This document shows, piece after piece, positions 1 to 13,629 of a DNA stretch of 64,000 bases. Below the pieces are notes generated by a model. The model had not been told where the DNA came from. It saw only the letters and a program-made list of their open reading frames with translations, and did no database searches. A program made the translations under genes and the position numbers. Position 1 is the stretch's first letter. Each line of letters begins with the position of its first letter. The DNA comes from Raillietiella orientalis. Its lineage: Eukaryota. The stretch lies in assembly GCA_036172245.1 (NCBI GenBank), contig JAYWIR010000024.1:2480001-2544000 (forward strand), given 5' to 3'.

Positions 1-2070
1 AGCTCATACGTTGTAGTCATTGGCTCCAGCTTACGGCATGACTCCAGCGCATTCGTTGAAGTTTGCGATGCTCAGCAGCAACAATCTTGATGGGGACCAC
101 GGATTCAAAGGCTTAGTCCTTGCAGCATGCGGGATAGAGTACTTAGAGGCTCACGTAGTGATTAGAGCTGTGGCATCTGTGCTTGTCATGACATGCATGA
201 TGTAACGCGCATCTTCGTATGCCATGCAGACAACTTTACAGCAATGTGCGTGTCCTTCAATTGAGAAGAGGTACGGATGAGAGCATTCCAATGCACGTTC
301 GAAGCTTGATCTGCGGGATCAGTCTGATCTAAACGTTTGGGTGGTGATTTAAATTATGCGGCCCCAATCGGAGTATCAACGAAATATCCTGTGTCAAAGA
401 AATTGGAATCTTTCAAGGGTCATTCCCGCCGCACCATCACGCACTTTTTGTTTTGCATCATAGTGAGCTTTCAGCAGCTCTCCTTGCGGTGTGCGCCACT
501 CGCAACATCGGTGACGTCATGAAACTGTCAGCGGACCCAGGATGTGCCACCGAAAACGCCTCTCAAACGAAACGCAGAGATTAGCGTTCGGTGGCTTTGT
601 GCTTCAGAGACGCAGGTTCAACCCATTTTCATGTTCGCGGGCACCACGAAATGCGAAAATCATGCCTTGGGAACCGTTCCAAAGCGAACACATGCCGCTT
701 CCAGAGCAGTGGTTGACCAATCAACGAAATGGTTCTAGAGATTTTCGATCCTTGTGCTCAGCCCTCTTGAGGAATCGGACAACTCAGGTTTATTTGGCAA
801 CAGGAAGCTTCGAAACCTCGAGTAGTCAAGGAGGCTGGTTTACTGATCAAGATGAAGAAGAAGAGGTTGGTGAAAGTCAATAAGCTCAACGAGTAGTGCC
901 ACAGATAAGTTAATGGAAAAAAATCTTTCCATAAGAACCAGGTTGAGCAGCCAACGGATGTTCATCTACTGATTCTCGAAGCGATATCCGGGTTTGATGC
1001 ATCCATCAAGACTGACGCGTTCGTGATGGGCAGCTGTTCAAGCTCCTGACCTCTCTGGACTGAAACTTCCAGATTCCCTGAGTTTCGGAGCTAGGAAAAG
1101 AGCAGTATCAACCATGTATGCAGACCAGGGAGACTCCTGCCTGAAGGAATATCCGGAAAATTAAGCATTGACAAGGTGGCGCCCTCCGTAGCCGTTGGAC
1201 TTTAAAATGTCCAGCGTCCACTCGCATGCAAGCACAATGGATATTTGGCCAAGGAGATTTTCGAATCGTTTTGGGACATGCATTTTCGACAGCTTCAGCT
1301 TAAAGAGGTTCACTTTGAGGTGTCCTTTGCCCTCCGACTCAGCCGGACGAGTCATACCTTGTCGAAGAAACATGCAGACCAAGGAAAAAGCAGCACATGT
1401 CGAATGCAGCTAGATGAAACCAGTTCCTCCACCAGCAAGAAACTGCATCCCGCTGTCGGATTACAGAAACACCCATGCATCCCAACTGAATTTTCTCCCT
1501 GTTCGAGAGCTGTGAGGAGAACACGAGAAGATCGGCACTGTCAGGTTTGAGATGAGGAGCTGCCGCGAGTTTTTCAATCATGAATAAGGAACTCTCATCT
1601 CTGTACCAAGAGGCCTGGTGGACTTGGATGAGCGTGTACAAAAAGTAGCCAGAGGGCAGTAGCCACAGTACAAAAAGCCACCATGCGGCTTGCCCACGGG
1701 TAGAGTTCACCAGAGTTCGTGATATGAAATGTGTCCATCTCCCAGAGTTTGTCCTCCGAAAGGATAATCACCTAGTCGTCTTGAATGCTATTCAATGATC
1801 TTTTGGAAACACGGAAGAAGCGTTCAGGAACTCCCGCTAAGAGAGAGAGGGAAACAACGTCGCAATCCCGAGCTTCAAATGTCGGCTTCTGGAAAAAAGT
1901 GCCCGTGAGATTCCTAGTGGTCGCCCCATTTGGATCCCGAAGCCCATCAGGAAGTCAAGCATTGCTAGAAATGAAGGTCTCTCTGCTATGTGCTGACAAG
2001 ACAAGGCACCTTGTGACCCCACCTTGTTCAGAGCAGCAGATACCTATTTATTGGACCTAAAGGCTAGGTT
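1..2070 (+). mobile_element. Decayed NeSL/Utopia/R2-like non-LTR retrotransposon (RT remnant, CCHC knuckle, restriction-like endonuclease)
   Basis: Across frameshifts, ~1480-1580 reads QLNFLPVR..AVRRTREDRHCQV*DEELPRV.NH (like RLNLLP..CxxC..ETLxHVLNHC). ~1735-2000 reads PEFVLRKDNHLVVL..SFGNTEEAFRNSR and VRFLVVAPFGSRSP, resembling the PD..D..PFE..AF..AR and FIVGALGSWDP motifs of RLE clades. RT-like remnants upstream are weak. Confidence 0.7.
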
Positions 2071-2892
2071 GTCTACGGATGAAGAGTCGGCCCAGCTACC
2101 TAAACTTCTACGAGATCTTCCATCTTCCCAGAAAGGCTTCATCGAAGGAGGTGACTGAGATGTGAAGAATGGTAGGATGCTTCCGCAAATCCGGCAGCAA
2201 CTGAACCATCCACACAGCAGAGATGACCCACCATTTGAGTGATGCAATGAAGGGACCGTTCGACGGCTAGATGACTAGATGGGAGAAGATGGGAAGAATA
2301 GCCTCCCCTTATCTATTTCTATCATGCAACCACCGAAACATCGAATGGAATCTGTCATAGTAGCATAATTAGGGACAGAGTTGAAATGTCGAAAGGTCAA
2401 GTCTGGTCTGAGAGAGAGAGATCTTTCGGTTGCTCCTATTGAAAGAGATGCAGGTTCTTTGTGATTTGCCGCATTTGTCCCGTTGATATTAAAGAGCCTT
2501 CTGAGATCACCCAAACTTTTTTCCCCATCCGCTCTGACATCCCAGGCGGAGGAAACGGAGTTTTAGTGTTTTCGCCATGATCAGGTAAAGAGCAGGTTGT
2601 AGTCAGTCCGGTCAAAAGTTGAGATACCCACCCTGAAAAATTTTTCAAGAATACCCACAGAGTCACAAAGATGTTGCTGGTAACTTGCTGGCTTTACGGG
2701 AATTTTTTCCAAAGGTTTTTAGGCTGATTTCATCTCTGCGGTTCGCTTTGCTTCTTTCTATCCATGTTACTGACTACTTTGCCTGCTCTACAGACCTCTT
2801 TTTTCTTTTGGTCCGCTGAGTGCTGAAGAACCGCTCACCTCTTTGGAAGGAAGGAGGGGAAGAGGGGGGCGGGGTTACGAAGCTCTTTAACA

Positions 2893-3525
2893 CTGTCCAC
2901 GCCACCCGAGGATGCGTGTAACTCTTCAGTTAGGGGGCAATACCGTAGGACCACCGTATGAATCCAGGAAGGCTCCGGAGGAAGGAGTCCAATTGGTAGG
3001 GGAATTCTTCCTTATTCTCTCTAAAGAGATCTTCCGGAGGGAGCCAGTCCTCGTTTCTTCTCCAAAGGAACCCGGAAAGGATCCCCTCCTTGTTACACCT
3101 CTAAGAAAATCCCGAAGGGACGCTTCCAAATCTCTCTGGAGGACGCTCCCCAAGGGAGTAGCGTTCCTAACATCCTGCAGAAGCAACTTCCTAAGGAGGG
3201 TATTCCTCCGTGGAACGTTATGGGAGGTCCTCCCACTGAGGGGGAGGATGGCTCCACTTTCACAACCAGAGGGGAACCCCGAAGGGCTCCTTGATTTCTG
3301 GAAGGACCCTGAAGGGTTTACATCCAATACCGGCCAGTCATCGGGGGCATCCGGCTTCCATCAGTGCCGCATCCGAATAGACCAACCAGTGACATTCTGA
3401 GGGGAAAACTCGCAACTCATGACGCACCCATTTATCTAGGGGTCGATCCATTCTGGGTGGGATTCGATCCTGCAACGCGTAGCACCACGCGCGGAGACCG
3501 CAGCCAAGCGGACACCAACGCAGGC
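2893..3525 (-). mobile_element. tRNA-derived SINE, copy 1 (near full length)
   Basis: The minus strand starts GCGTTGGTGTCCGCTTGG..GCAGGATCGAATCCC (degenerate A and B boxes). The body matches 8461-9215, e.g. CCGGATGCCCCCGATGA, CTGGATTCATACGG and the 3' end CCTCGGGTGGCGTGGA. Confidence 0.85.
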
Positions 3526-4086
3526 TGTCTCAAGTAGCTTTCCATTCAGATTCTGTTCATGGATCTGATCGCTTCAATTCTTTTTGATTCCTCTTTCTGA
3601 TCTTTTTGATTGGTGTCATCTCACTGAGTGGTTCGGTTTCTTCTTGAGAAGCGCACGTCGGCCTCCGGCAAGATTAAAGATGACAGGAATAATCTCTCTC
3701 TCCGACAAATGACCAAGATCCGCCAGTGCTGCTAAGGGAGCTACGACTTTCGGAAAAGGAGCTCCAGCACAAGGCTTGAGCTTCAGCTGAGGTCCGAGCT
3801 CTTGGAATCGTTCGAGGACTGGAATTCGGACGAAATGATCCCGTCGGACTGCACAGGTTCCGTTGCAAGCAAAATTGGAATGCAACCTTTCCCCTGGTTT
3901 CATACGAAATGAGTGACTCATTCCTTAGCTTTACAAAAATCCGTTCTTTTTCGTCATTCATGTGATGCAGAAGTCATGACATGCATTGCTCCGTGGGACG
4001 TTTGTCACCCGAATATGCCGGGACATTTATTATTAAAAATTTTTTCTTCGTGGGACGTGTTCTGGTATCGCAGCAAATATAATACA

Positions 4087-4626
4087 TAAACTCTTCGAGT
4101 GCTATGGACGCATCTATGCGTCCGACGAAAACTATCAGCGTGCTCTATGAACACTCTAAATTTGCGTCTGGCAAATGCTTTTACCTTGTACTCGAGACAC
4201 AAGTCAACACTATCCGTGTTTGAAATGGACACACACACTTACGTTCTTATAATTCCCTTAGCAACGACAGCAAACAAAATTCTATTTATATCGGCTAACG
4301 ACTCTCGTTTTTTCTCGGCGTGGCATATAAGTTGGTATTGAGGTGTACCAAACCAAAATTAATCCTTGATTTCATTGGAATTATAATTATACTTTTTAAA
4401 TAAAAAACATATGTTTGGGATAAAGGAACGTAGTTTATCTGATGTGATGTAAATAAACAATTGTCATAGTAACGTTAATCGGCACTTTATAAAGTCGATT
4501 GGTACCTCTGATAGAGTACGCGGAACAACGCGAAAAAGCGTTCCGTCCACGGGGATCGCCACTGCGACTCGCGTGCCGTCCACGCAGCACGTTTAAATCT
4601 GATGAGCTCCTCACCCAGAGGGTTAA
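4087..4626. mobile_element. Possible piggyBac-type non-autonomous DNA element
   Basis: AT-rich island. The right end is CACCCAGAGGG-TTAA and the left end is TAAACTCTTCGAGTG, only a partial inverted match. Confidence 0.3.
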
Positions 4627-7600
4627 TCACCGTTTAAATGGAAAAGTCAGTCATTAAAAAGCTGAAATGTTCCGTACGGAACATTGGATACTGGCTCTTA
4701 CATTTGAATGATTATTCATTTGAAAATTTGTATTTCTTAGGCGAATTTTTCTGTGTGGAGTATTTCAGCTTATCCTCTGAGCATGTTTGATAGAATTTTG
4801 GCTGCATGCGATGAATGTTGATGAAGGGTGTAAACAATGATGAAGGGATGGTGGGAATTTTCACCATTTCCGTCGTAAGGTCACCCTTTTTAATCCATCC
4901 CCTGTGAGAGAGATCGGTACTCAGGGGTCTAGTCAGCATGGCCAAAGAGCCAGCCCATGCTTTCGCTAGATGGCGCGAGCGCTCCGGATGCTGCCTGGGC
5001 GTTGGAACTCACCAACAGGCCCTGAATTGGGGTCATCAGCCCTTTCAGCACCGCACTGCTCCTTGGGCCCCCGGCTCTGACGACGAGTGCTTGCCCCGGC
5101 GAGGCAATCCTTCTGAAGGGGAAACGGAGGGACCGTTTGGTTCTCGGTGGTTGCTCGGTCTTTCGCTGCCAGAGCCAGGAGACACTCAATGTGATGTTAG
5201 TGGCTCCTCTCTCCGCAATATACACACAAAAAATGCGATATACACACTCATGCAATGTTCCACTCATGTTTGATTTAAATTACACATAGCGCACAGCATC
5301 CCTTGTTGAATAATGATGGATGGATGGTTCACGGTGCAAAAATCCATGTCGTTATATGTAATGCCATTCATTGCGTACAAGGATCATAACCACTTAATTA
5401 TACATCATCATAATTAGCACAAAATGACCATCTTAAGTTCAATGGCAATGTACTTGTTCAGCGTCACTTAGGTGATTGCTACATCCTATAACACTAAGTA
5501 ATGTTTGTTTATTGCCATTACTGACCACGCTTATTGTTCGTAACCACGGCAAGGAATCGAATCTATGATTATGGATGAAACAAAGTCATAAGAAGCGAAT
5601 TAAGAGTTCAAGGCATGCGACATTTTGCTAATGCCAATCACTTCATCGAAAGAGAAAAAAAAAAGCCCTGATCAGAAATGGAGATCACCAGCTTTTTTTG
5701 TAATGGAGATCGCGGGTACGTTGTTCTTGCGAGTAGATTGCATCAATGTAATTACGATGTCCTGATGGAGTTACTGTTGTCTAGTTATGGATGAGTTGTC
5801 AGAAACCTTTGCTCGAAATGACAGAAGAACACTTGTTACCTTGCAGCGCGTCCAGCGGGACTGAGACTTTCTAAGCAACGGGCTCGTGGGAAAGAAGCCT
5901 CTCGTGATCGGCATCAGCATGACAAGGAAAAGTCGGTATGCGCGACGGCTTCTGCAAGGGAGCCTTGCCTGACACGGATACCATCAGCCCCGAGTGACCA
6001 TCCTCTCTTTCCAGATGGCGGACGAAAGGGAAGTTCGTGCGGGTGGCGCGGCTAACTGTGCCGTGCACCTCGCGGATGAATCCTCTCCCTTTTCTCTCCC
6101 GGGAAGAGGAGGGGGTCGCTGAAGAAACGCATTTCCTTTTCGCGTTCTTCCTGGCGCTGCTGTTTTGCCACCGAATTTTCATGTTCCTTAATCTTGGGCC
6201 TAACCCATTTCTCCGGTCCATTTGACGGCTTAGAGAGATGGGCAGTCATTCATGCAGATTATTTCTGGCACGAGGAGATGAAGGCACCGTTGTTTGCAGT
6301 TCGTTTGGATGGGGTCGAGGGTGGAAAAAAAATATCGGAAAGTGTCCCCTCCTCCCATCATCTGCTCGTACTCGTTCCCTCACACTGAACAAGAACTGCA
6401 GACAGCAGCGTCTGCTGACAAATTTTTATACCCCTTGGTCTTGAGCACATCCATCCGGTTAGTCCATTTGCGCATTTAGAGGAATGGACTCACATGAGAC
6501 CTACAGGGGACAACCCAAACCAATAAGGAAAGAGGTCTTAAGAAAAACAAAAGGTATTTCTTCCTTCAGGGACACGAAGTCATCGTTTAAGTGGAAAGTT
6601 CCAAATTGATCTTCTCAGGAAAGCCCACGAAGTTTCTGGAGCTCCTTTCTAAAGGAAAGGGTCTACTGAACGCTTTCCGCCTGCAAATGAATAAAGAAGA
6701 ATTGCTGTATCCATGGATGGGTAACAGAGAAAAAGTGGACTCATTGTAAAGAGCTGTCTCCACGATGCTGACCAAGAACTTTGGGAACAGTTCCGAAGAA
6801 CAAAGTGCATGGTGACTGCTTACAGTTGACTACTAACTTTGTTCTTGAGAGAAGGGCACGTCTTCCAGTACAGAAAATCCGATTCCCATTTTACGTGCTG
6901 CAGAAATTCCGTCTTTTCCGTGCAGATGGGAGAGAGAACTGAGACGGGCAAGTGTGTGAGAAAAGAAAGGAGAAATAAAGGGGGGACGGAAGGTCAGCTG
7001 GGGTTTAGGTATATGTTGAGGGTGAAAAACAAAGCTAAAGCATCTGGTGTGAGGTGCTCATCATTTGCAAGGCCCTGAGGTCGAAAGAAGGCAAGTGAGT
7101 GAAAATACGGGTGGCTCTGCGGAAAGCACAACAAACTGGAACAGCTGCCGGAAGATGCAGAGATAAAAAACGAAAGGATTTTGAAACGGAAGTCAGAGAA
7201 CTTTCTAAAAAAAAAAGAAAAAAATGAATGCAGAAGATAATGCAAAAGACAGCTTTTCGAGGCACTAAAGTGATGATTTCTTCCAATGTGCGAAGTAATT
7301 TCTAGAATCCTGCAGAACAATTTCAGTTCAGAGGATGTGAAAGTCCTGACAACTTTGCCTTAACGAATGATAGCCCCTTTATGTTTCTGGAGCAAATTTT
7401 CCACACGATAAGGCAAAAAATAAGAGAAAAAGAGTAGAAAAGGCATGCTACAGATTTCAGTATGCTTTTACATCACCTTGCTTCAAGAAACTGCCTTCTA
7501 TCAAAATGCTGCATTTCAGATAGCATCCAGTTCCATCTCTTCAGGTCAGCTGTTGAAAAGCCTGCAATTCAGGACTCGATTCCTCTTGACAGTGATTTAG

Positions 7601-8460
7601 GACACAGCACAAAGAACCCTGGGAACCATTTTCAACGGACTTTTCAGCTGATCTGGAGGACTTTAACTTTGTTGCTTTTTCCAAATCATGGCAGCCACCT
7701 TAGTTGGGCATTCCAACTTTTTCGCTGCTCCTGGTGGCAGGGAGACTCAAGCTTGTTTAAGCGAAGAAATCTCCTCTTTCGGAATGCACAGCTGTTCCTG
7801 GCGGGAAGCTCCTCAGAATTCAAGATAATTGGCGCAGGATGGTTCCTTGCTGGAGTTTGATTACTGGCGGACTTCTGATTGGGTTGCCTGCATCAAACTG
7901 TCAACTCGCAAAAACACGGCAGAGTGATACCAGCAATGAGATATCTAAAGCAACATTTACTTTCATTTGGATCTCGATATGAATCCCATTTGAAATCGAG
8001 ATCCACAGGATGAAGACTTTGTCCAGTCGACGACTTGCCGAACAGAATGACAAGGAGCAGCATGGGGACAAGGAAATGGAAAAATACCAGTCACAAGTAG
8101 ATGCTGCTCTTTCATACTGCGGGAAGTCATCAAAAACGAATGATGACAAACAAATGATCGCCCGAAGATGCAAAAGAAATTTCAACATTGGTGCTCAAGA
8201 ATAGCAACAGAACCGTTCAGATGAAGATTAGGAAGCCGTAAAATACAACACACCGGCAGTTTTAAAAGAAATACCACAATCATCAACAAACCCTCCACTC
8301 GGATTTTTTCCATCATCAACTTAATAATTAGTTCGATATTCTCCACGAAACAGACCATACCAGCTAGAAATAAGGGTCGAAAACCACATGTACGAATATA
8401 TGGAGTGCAGTTCTAAGACGCTCAACTTTGATACTCCATCGCAGTGGTATCATCACCGTT

Positions 8461-9215
8461 CGGAGGCCGCGTGGAGGCCGTGTGGTTACGGTGGTCTCCG
8501 TGCGTGGCACCATGCGTCGTGGGTTCCAATACTCCGAAGGAATCGAAGCAGTGCGTCGTGGGTTCCGAGTTCACCTCACAAGATGACTCTGGTTGGTCTG
8601 CATTCATCCGGGTGCGGCACTGCTAGCGGTTCAAACCGGATGCCCCCGATGAGGGCTGGGACAAATGGGAGTCGACCTCCGGGTCCTTCCAGGAATCACG
8701 GAGTGGGACTCTCCTCCGGTTGTGAAGAAGAGGACCCCCCCTTCCGAGGAGACCCTCCGCGTCGTCCTGATGGATTAGGTGTGCCGCCACCAACTCTCCA
8801 GAGAGTGCAGAGAAGCGAGCCGATCCCTTCGGGGAAGCTGCGTCCTTCTGAATTTCCGAAGCGTCACCTTATGGGTTCTCTTCAGAGGAGTAAACAGGAG
8901 CGAATCCCTTGCGGAGGATCCCTCCAGAGAAGAAATTCCAGGGTCGGATCCTTTCCGGGTTCCCTTCGGAGAAGAAAGAATGGAGCGGATCCCACCGGGG
9001 GTCCTCCGCAGAGCATAAGGAAGGAAGATTCCCTTCTGGATTCCTCTTCGGAGACAACCAGGGTGGTCACTGGATCTCCATTTCCAGGGATCCCTCTCCA
9101 GGCGTGAGAGGAACGGACTCCGAGTTTTTTCTGGATTCATACGGCGGACCCATCCCGGAATATGCCCTATCTTGAAGAATTACCCACCCTCGGGTGGCGT
9201 GGAACCGTTCCACAG
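8461..9215 (+). mobile_element. tRNA-derived SINE, copy 2 (near full length, ~750 bp)
   Basis: Head GCGTGGAGGCCGTGTGGTTACGG..GTGGGTTCCAATAC. Shares body and 3' end with the copies at 2893-3525 and 18770-19355. Contains an internal array of GGATCCCTTCGGAGAAG-like units. Confidence 0.85.
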
Positions 9216-11199
9216 TCAACTACCCAATCATGCTATCAAAAAAAAACAAAACAAAAAGAACACGTAAAACGAAAATCAACGCTAGCAACCCTGTTCATAA
9301 TCATAATCCTCAGCACAACTCCAGCCCCTCGCCACTGTATAAGTAACCCATCAACCCTCATCTGCAACCTAGTTTGCAAGATAACATGGAACAACAACCA
9401 TTAACCACAAATTACGCATGAAAAATTACGCTGCGATAGTATTTCTTTAGGAGCGTTACTCAGGGAAACCGATTTTCGCCAGTATGAGTACTCGAACTAC
9501 GAGTCGGATTGCATGCCATGATACGACGGCTGAACTGAGACAGGACCGTGGAAAGAAAGGGTCAAACCTTAACAGATTCAGTGCTTCCCTACGAGTTGGT
9601 TAAGAGTTGACTGTAAAATCGCTTCAAGAGCCAACTGTGAAAGAACAGTGGTCCAAGTCCCAACCAAACCGTGAGTCTAATGTGTCATTATTCTATCATA
9701 AAAAGTTCTCTTCCAGATTCTCCTTTTCTATTCAACACTACAAATTCCTCTCCAGATGATGGGTTCCAGCAAATCCTGAAGGTCGCATATGAATATGCGT
9801 GCCAGCAATAGCGGTTAAACGTGAAAGTTAAATTAACATTAATGTTTTATTAATTTAATATAAGAATTTTTGGTTCGATAGGAAATTATAAAATTATATA
9901 TATAAAATTCCCAGATCTGACAACCTCAGACGATCATCATGATCTTTTTCTTTCGATCATTCCATCAGTTTCTTGTGAACAGTCTTCTTAGTTCAAAGTG
10001 CTCGAAAGAATTCAGAAACAGTGCTTGAGAAGTGACCAACGAGGATGCGTTCTACTGTAAGTGAAATGTATAGAGGGTGAAGAATGAACCTCTAAGCTCA
10101 TTGAAAAGAGGATGCTTCTGTGTTCTGTTGAAGGCATCTCTGCTTCCGTTTTCTGATTAGGTTCGTCCACTGCTGTTGTATGCCAGTGTCTCTGTTTCCT
10201 TTTTTAATCTCAGTAATTCTCAAGGCACGTATTTTATTTGCTTTCTTTGAAAATATTCCAAATTCCTTTGTTCATCTCCTGGAAAGAGTCAAAGAATGCT
10301 GAAGCCTCCTGCTTGAAACTCTTCTTCCCGACAATAAGAACAGACCATAATAAGTCAAATAACAGACCATGACGACCTTAATGTAGTACGAAGTCACTTA
10401 CTCACTTCACAGGTTCTATGAAATGATTCACGATGTTGCTGCATCCACCCGAGTTTTCCTTCTGCTTGCCGGATCTGTTGGATGGGATCTCTCTACCCTG
10501 GCGGCTGCTTCATGCTGGAGGCTCTGTGTGTTTTGCTTGCTGTCCGAGATCTTGGTCGCACTTGAGCGCCACAGTGCTGTGAGCCAAGGCCGGCTCATGA
10601 GACCGCATCCAAACTGGCCGCTCCGCTTATCAGAGCATCTTCGCTGCTCAAGCCTCGCTTCAGCAAGTTCATACAAAGTTACTCTGTCCAGAAAGTTGAC
10701 CAGTGCCCGGCATCTCAGAAGATAGGGCATGAACTGATTGCACTTCGTGCCCTGTCTCTCCTTAGGTACTTTTCCTGAAAGAAGCTTCCAGAAAATCCCA
10801 GCTTGTTCTAGCGTTAGGAGGATTGACTTTTGATTGCTGGTCCATATCTTTCTATCTGCAGTCGACTGTTCTCGTTCATCGGACGGAGCCATGCCAAGCA
10901 GTAGATGTTCGTTCTGTAAGCAGAAATTTGAGGTCTTTTTCGGGTTCAGAATAGAAGGCTTTGGCCACAATTTTCGTACCACCATCATAGAGTAAAGAGA
11001 TAATTTCTTTTTCTTCTCCAGCGGAAGAACAGTTTTAATAAAGAAGAAGAATAGAAGAAAATAATGGAAGGAGGCAAGAAATGGTCAGGCAGATGCAGTG
11101 TGCCACAGCTTCATTGGAAACAGTTTTTTTTTTTATGTAAATAATTTTTTGTAAGACATCACTTCAGATCACGATTTAAAACTGTTCAAGGAAAAATGG

Positions 11200-12400
11200 A
11201 GGAAAAATGAAAGCTCAAGAATCCAAAAATAATTTTCCAAGAGTGGACAGGAAGAGACAGCGATCGCAGCAAGATCGCTGCCGTGGCCGATCAGCAATTT
11301 ACGAAAAAAAAGGACCAAGTCGTGATCCACCATTTGAGGTAAGCAAAGGCTGCCATTGGGAAAGGCAGTCTTTTGCGAGTGACCCCTCTAATGGGAAGCG
11401 GCACCTCTGTCTGCAGGGAAGACCAGCGCGAGGAATTCGCTCACGGAGAGGCAATCGGAACGCCAACTGCGCTGGCTGGAAGCTTACAGATGTGTACCAG
11501 TCTCACGCAAAGCGCATTCAACCGGTTGACGGAACCACAGAGAAAATCGAACGCCAAATCTCGAAGGGGGTGCGAGGGAGTTTCACCTCGTTCTTGCAGC
11601 AAGTCCGACAGGTCTGCCGTGGTACTGTAGAATGCACCCAACGAGGCAAGATGGCCGTCCAAAAACTGAACACAGGCGCTTCCTGGAAAGAAAGGGGTGG
11701 TCCTATTCATTTCTCCAACAACAGGCATTTCTCTGGCCGGTAGAATTTCTTAATGAGATCACGTATCGGCCACTGTAGCTGGGAGCGGTCGACTATTCAG
11801 CAGTGTGGACTATTGCAGCGGTTCCATCACAAGGGAAATGTCGGTCGCCACGCAATCCGTCGGTTCGTTCGTCGATATCCATCGAGATTGCCGTAGTGAC
11901 TCTGTCGATATCTCTTCTGCTGAAGATTCACATTCGCGCACATTTTCTCCAAGGGAAAGACTCCGAAGGCCAGCACTGCAAAATCCCAAGGTCTGCTGTT
12001 CAACGGAGGTAGAAAATTTCGAGAGACTTTAGGACTCCTTTCCAAGACAAAGAGTGAGTTTCGAAGGAACTAAAGGTCACAGAATTCCTGGTCTCAAGGA
12101 GTCGAATCATCAACCTTGGAGTTCATAGTACAGTTGTCTGTTTAATGAATGGGAATGCATAAATGCGAGCGGAACTTCCCAGGAGTCTGTAATTTCTGTC
12201 CACATGCCCATAGATCAGTTCATCTCACCAGGGAGGCTTTTGGTGGTCTATTATTTTTTCAGTGGGATTACCTGCAACAGGAGCCAGGATAAAGGATCGA
12301 AGCAACGGTTTCTAGCTGTACACTTTTGAAGATTCGAGCATTATTCAACGGGCATTCCGTAAGTCTTGATCACGAAGAGTCTGCTCTTCGGGAGCCTCCT
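11200..12400 (+). mobile_element. Decayed L1/Tx1-like ORF1 and APE endonuclease remnant
   Basis: Cys/His-containing basic ORF remnant at 11207-11743. Endonuclease-like EWECINASGTS and FISPGRLLVV at ~12150-12250. Heavily mutated. Confidence 0.4.
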
Positions 12401-12559
12401 TCTCTGGAGGCCGGTGGAACTGAACGTCCCCTCGAAACCGAAGCCGGAACCGAAGTCAGAAGCCTCGAACCGATTCGACAAGGTCAGCGTCACGATCCTG
12501 TGTTCGGTAGCTCCTTTTTCTCCCGTTTCCCACCACCCTCGCCCGATTTCATATGCATG

Positions 12560-13000
12560 CACTCAGAACTTTGATGTCCTCTGCTGGAGAAACACATCTT
12601 CAGCTCGGCTGCTTGCTCCGAAACAGCCTCTATTGGTAAACTTGAAGAGGGGTGCGGACCCGCGTTTCAGAGGCGACAACGGCGCAGCCGCATTCCACAG
12701 CTCACATCGGGTGGCCTCATGCGGGAAATCCCGAAAAGCACGCAAACGGTAGAGGAAGACCGGGAAAATCCTGGACAGTCGGTCAGATTTCCATGACGAC
12801 GGAGTCTTTACTTGTCCCCGCATGGGTGCACAGGCACCGATGAGCTCATCCGGAGGGGAGTGCAGCCTCAGCACCAGGCGGTACCGCCTGGTGCTGAGGT
12901 CGTCGCGTTTCTCCACCTCCGGAACCAGATCGTGGTGCATCCAAAGTCTTCTCAAAGAAACTCCGGAATGGACCCAAGATAACTCCCATACATCCACCTA
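12560..13000 (-). mobile_element. L1/Tx1-like ORF2 C-terminal fragment
   Basis: ORF 12563-12997 (WELSWVHSGVSLRRLWMHHDLVP..) resembles the zinc-binding C-terminal region of the other Tx1-like copies in the window. Confidence 0.45.
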
Positions 13001-13081
13001 TGCACTAACTGAGTATTTGCAAATGTGATATATGCGCACAGACGTACAACAGGGGTCTAGTTATAAAAAATAAACACATGT

Positions 13082-13578
13082 GCTTATTCTACACAGATTA
13101 AAAATATGCACGTTTATTTTAATATACATAGTTATTCATATTTATCAGCGTACATGTTATTAACAGCAATTACTGAAACAGGTATATTTATTAAGATTCA
13201 GTAATATGCATTTTATTAATGAAAGTAATAACTCGTTGATTATATTGTTGATATATATATATATTAAGGATTATAAAAAATAAACATATGTGCTTCTCAT
13301 ATGCCAATTTCCCTTTTTTGTTCATTTAATTTGCTTGCAATTTTTATTTCATTGTATTTTCATCACAATTATTTTTTATTTTTGAAAAGCCGATATTTAC
13401 ATGTTCATTTTATGTGTATATAAAAAACCATATAATAAGCATCAATATTTATTTTCTATAGTCTTCATGATACACATTAATCCATATATATTAGCCTTAA
13501 TAATGTGTATGTTAATAAATATGAATGACTATGTATATTAAAATAAAAGTGTATACTTTTAGCCTATGTAGAATAAGC
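13082..13578. mobile_element. AT-rich foldback/MITE-like element with ~82-bp imperfect inverted arms
   Basis: 13082-13163 (GCTTATTCTACACAGATTAAAAATATGCACGTTTATTTTAATATACATAGTTATTCATATTTAT..) is the approximate reverse complement of 13497-13578 (..ATAAATATGAATGACTATGTATATTAAAATAAAAGTGTATACTTTTAGCCTATGTAGAATAAGC). Confidence 0.7.
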
Positions 13579-13629
13579 GTGTATTTTATGATCTTTCAGG
13601 ATCCTGATCTGCACCGATACAAGGAATGT

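Noticed and set aside
4599..4625. CTGATGAG hammerhead-like cores (also near 14837, 19802 and 63146)
   Set aside because: None is followed by a stem II and a correctly placed GAAA with stem III.
6700..6730. LYPWMG, resembling a Hox hexapeptide
   Set aside because: It lies in a short frame bounded by stops, upstream residues are not Hox-like, and I found no WFQNRR homeobox in the window.
8388..9175. ORFs sharing FLDSYGGP with the ORF at 2926-3327
   Set aside because: The similarity comes from SINE homology; reading frames are not conserved between copies.
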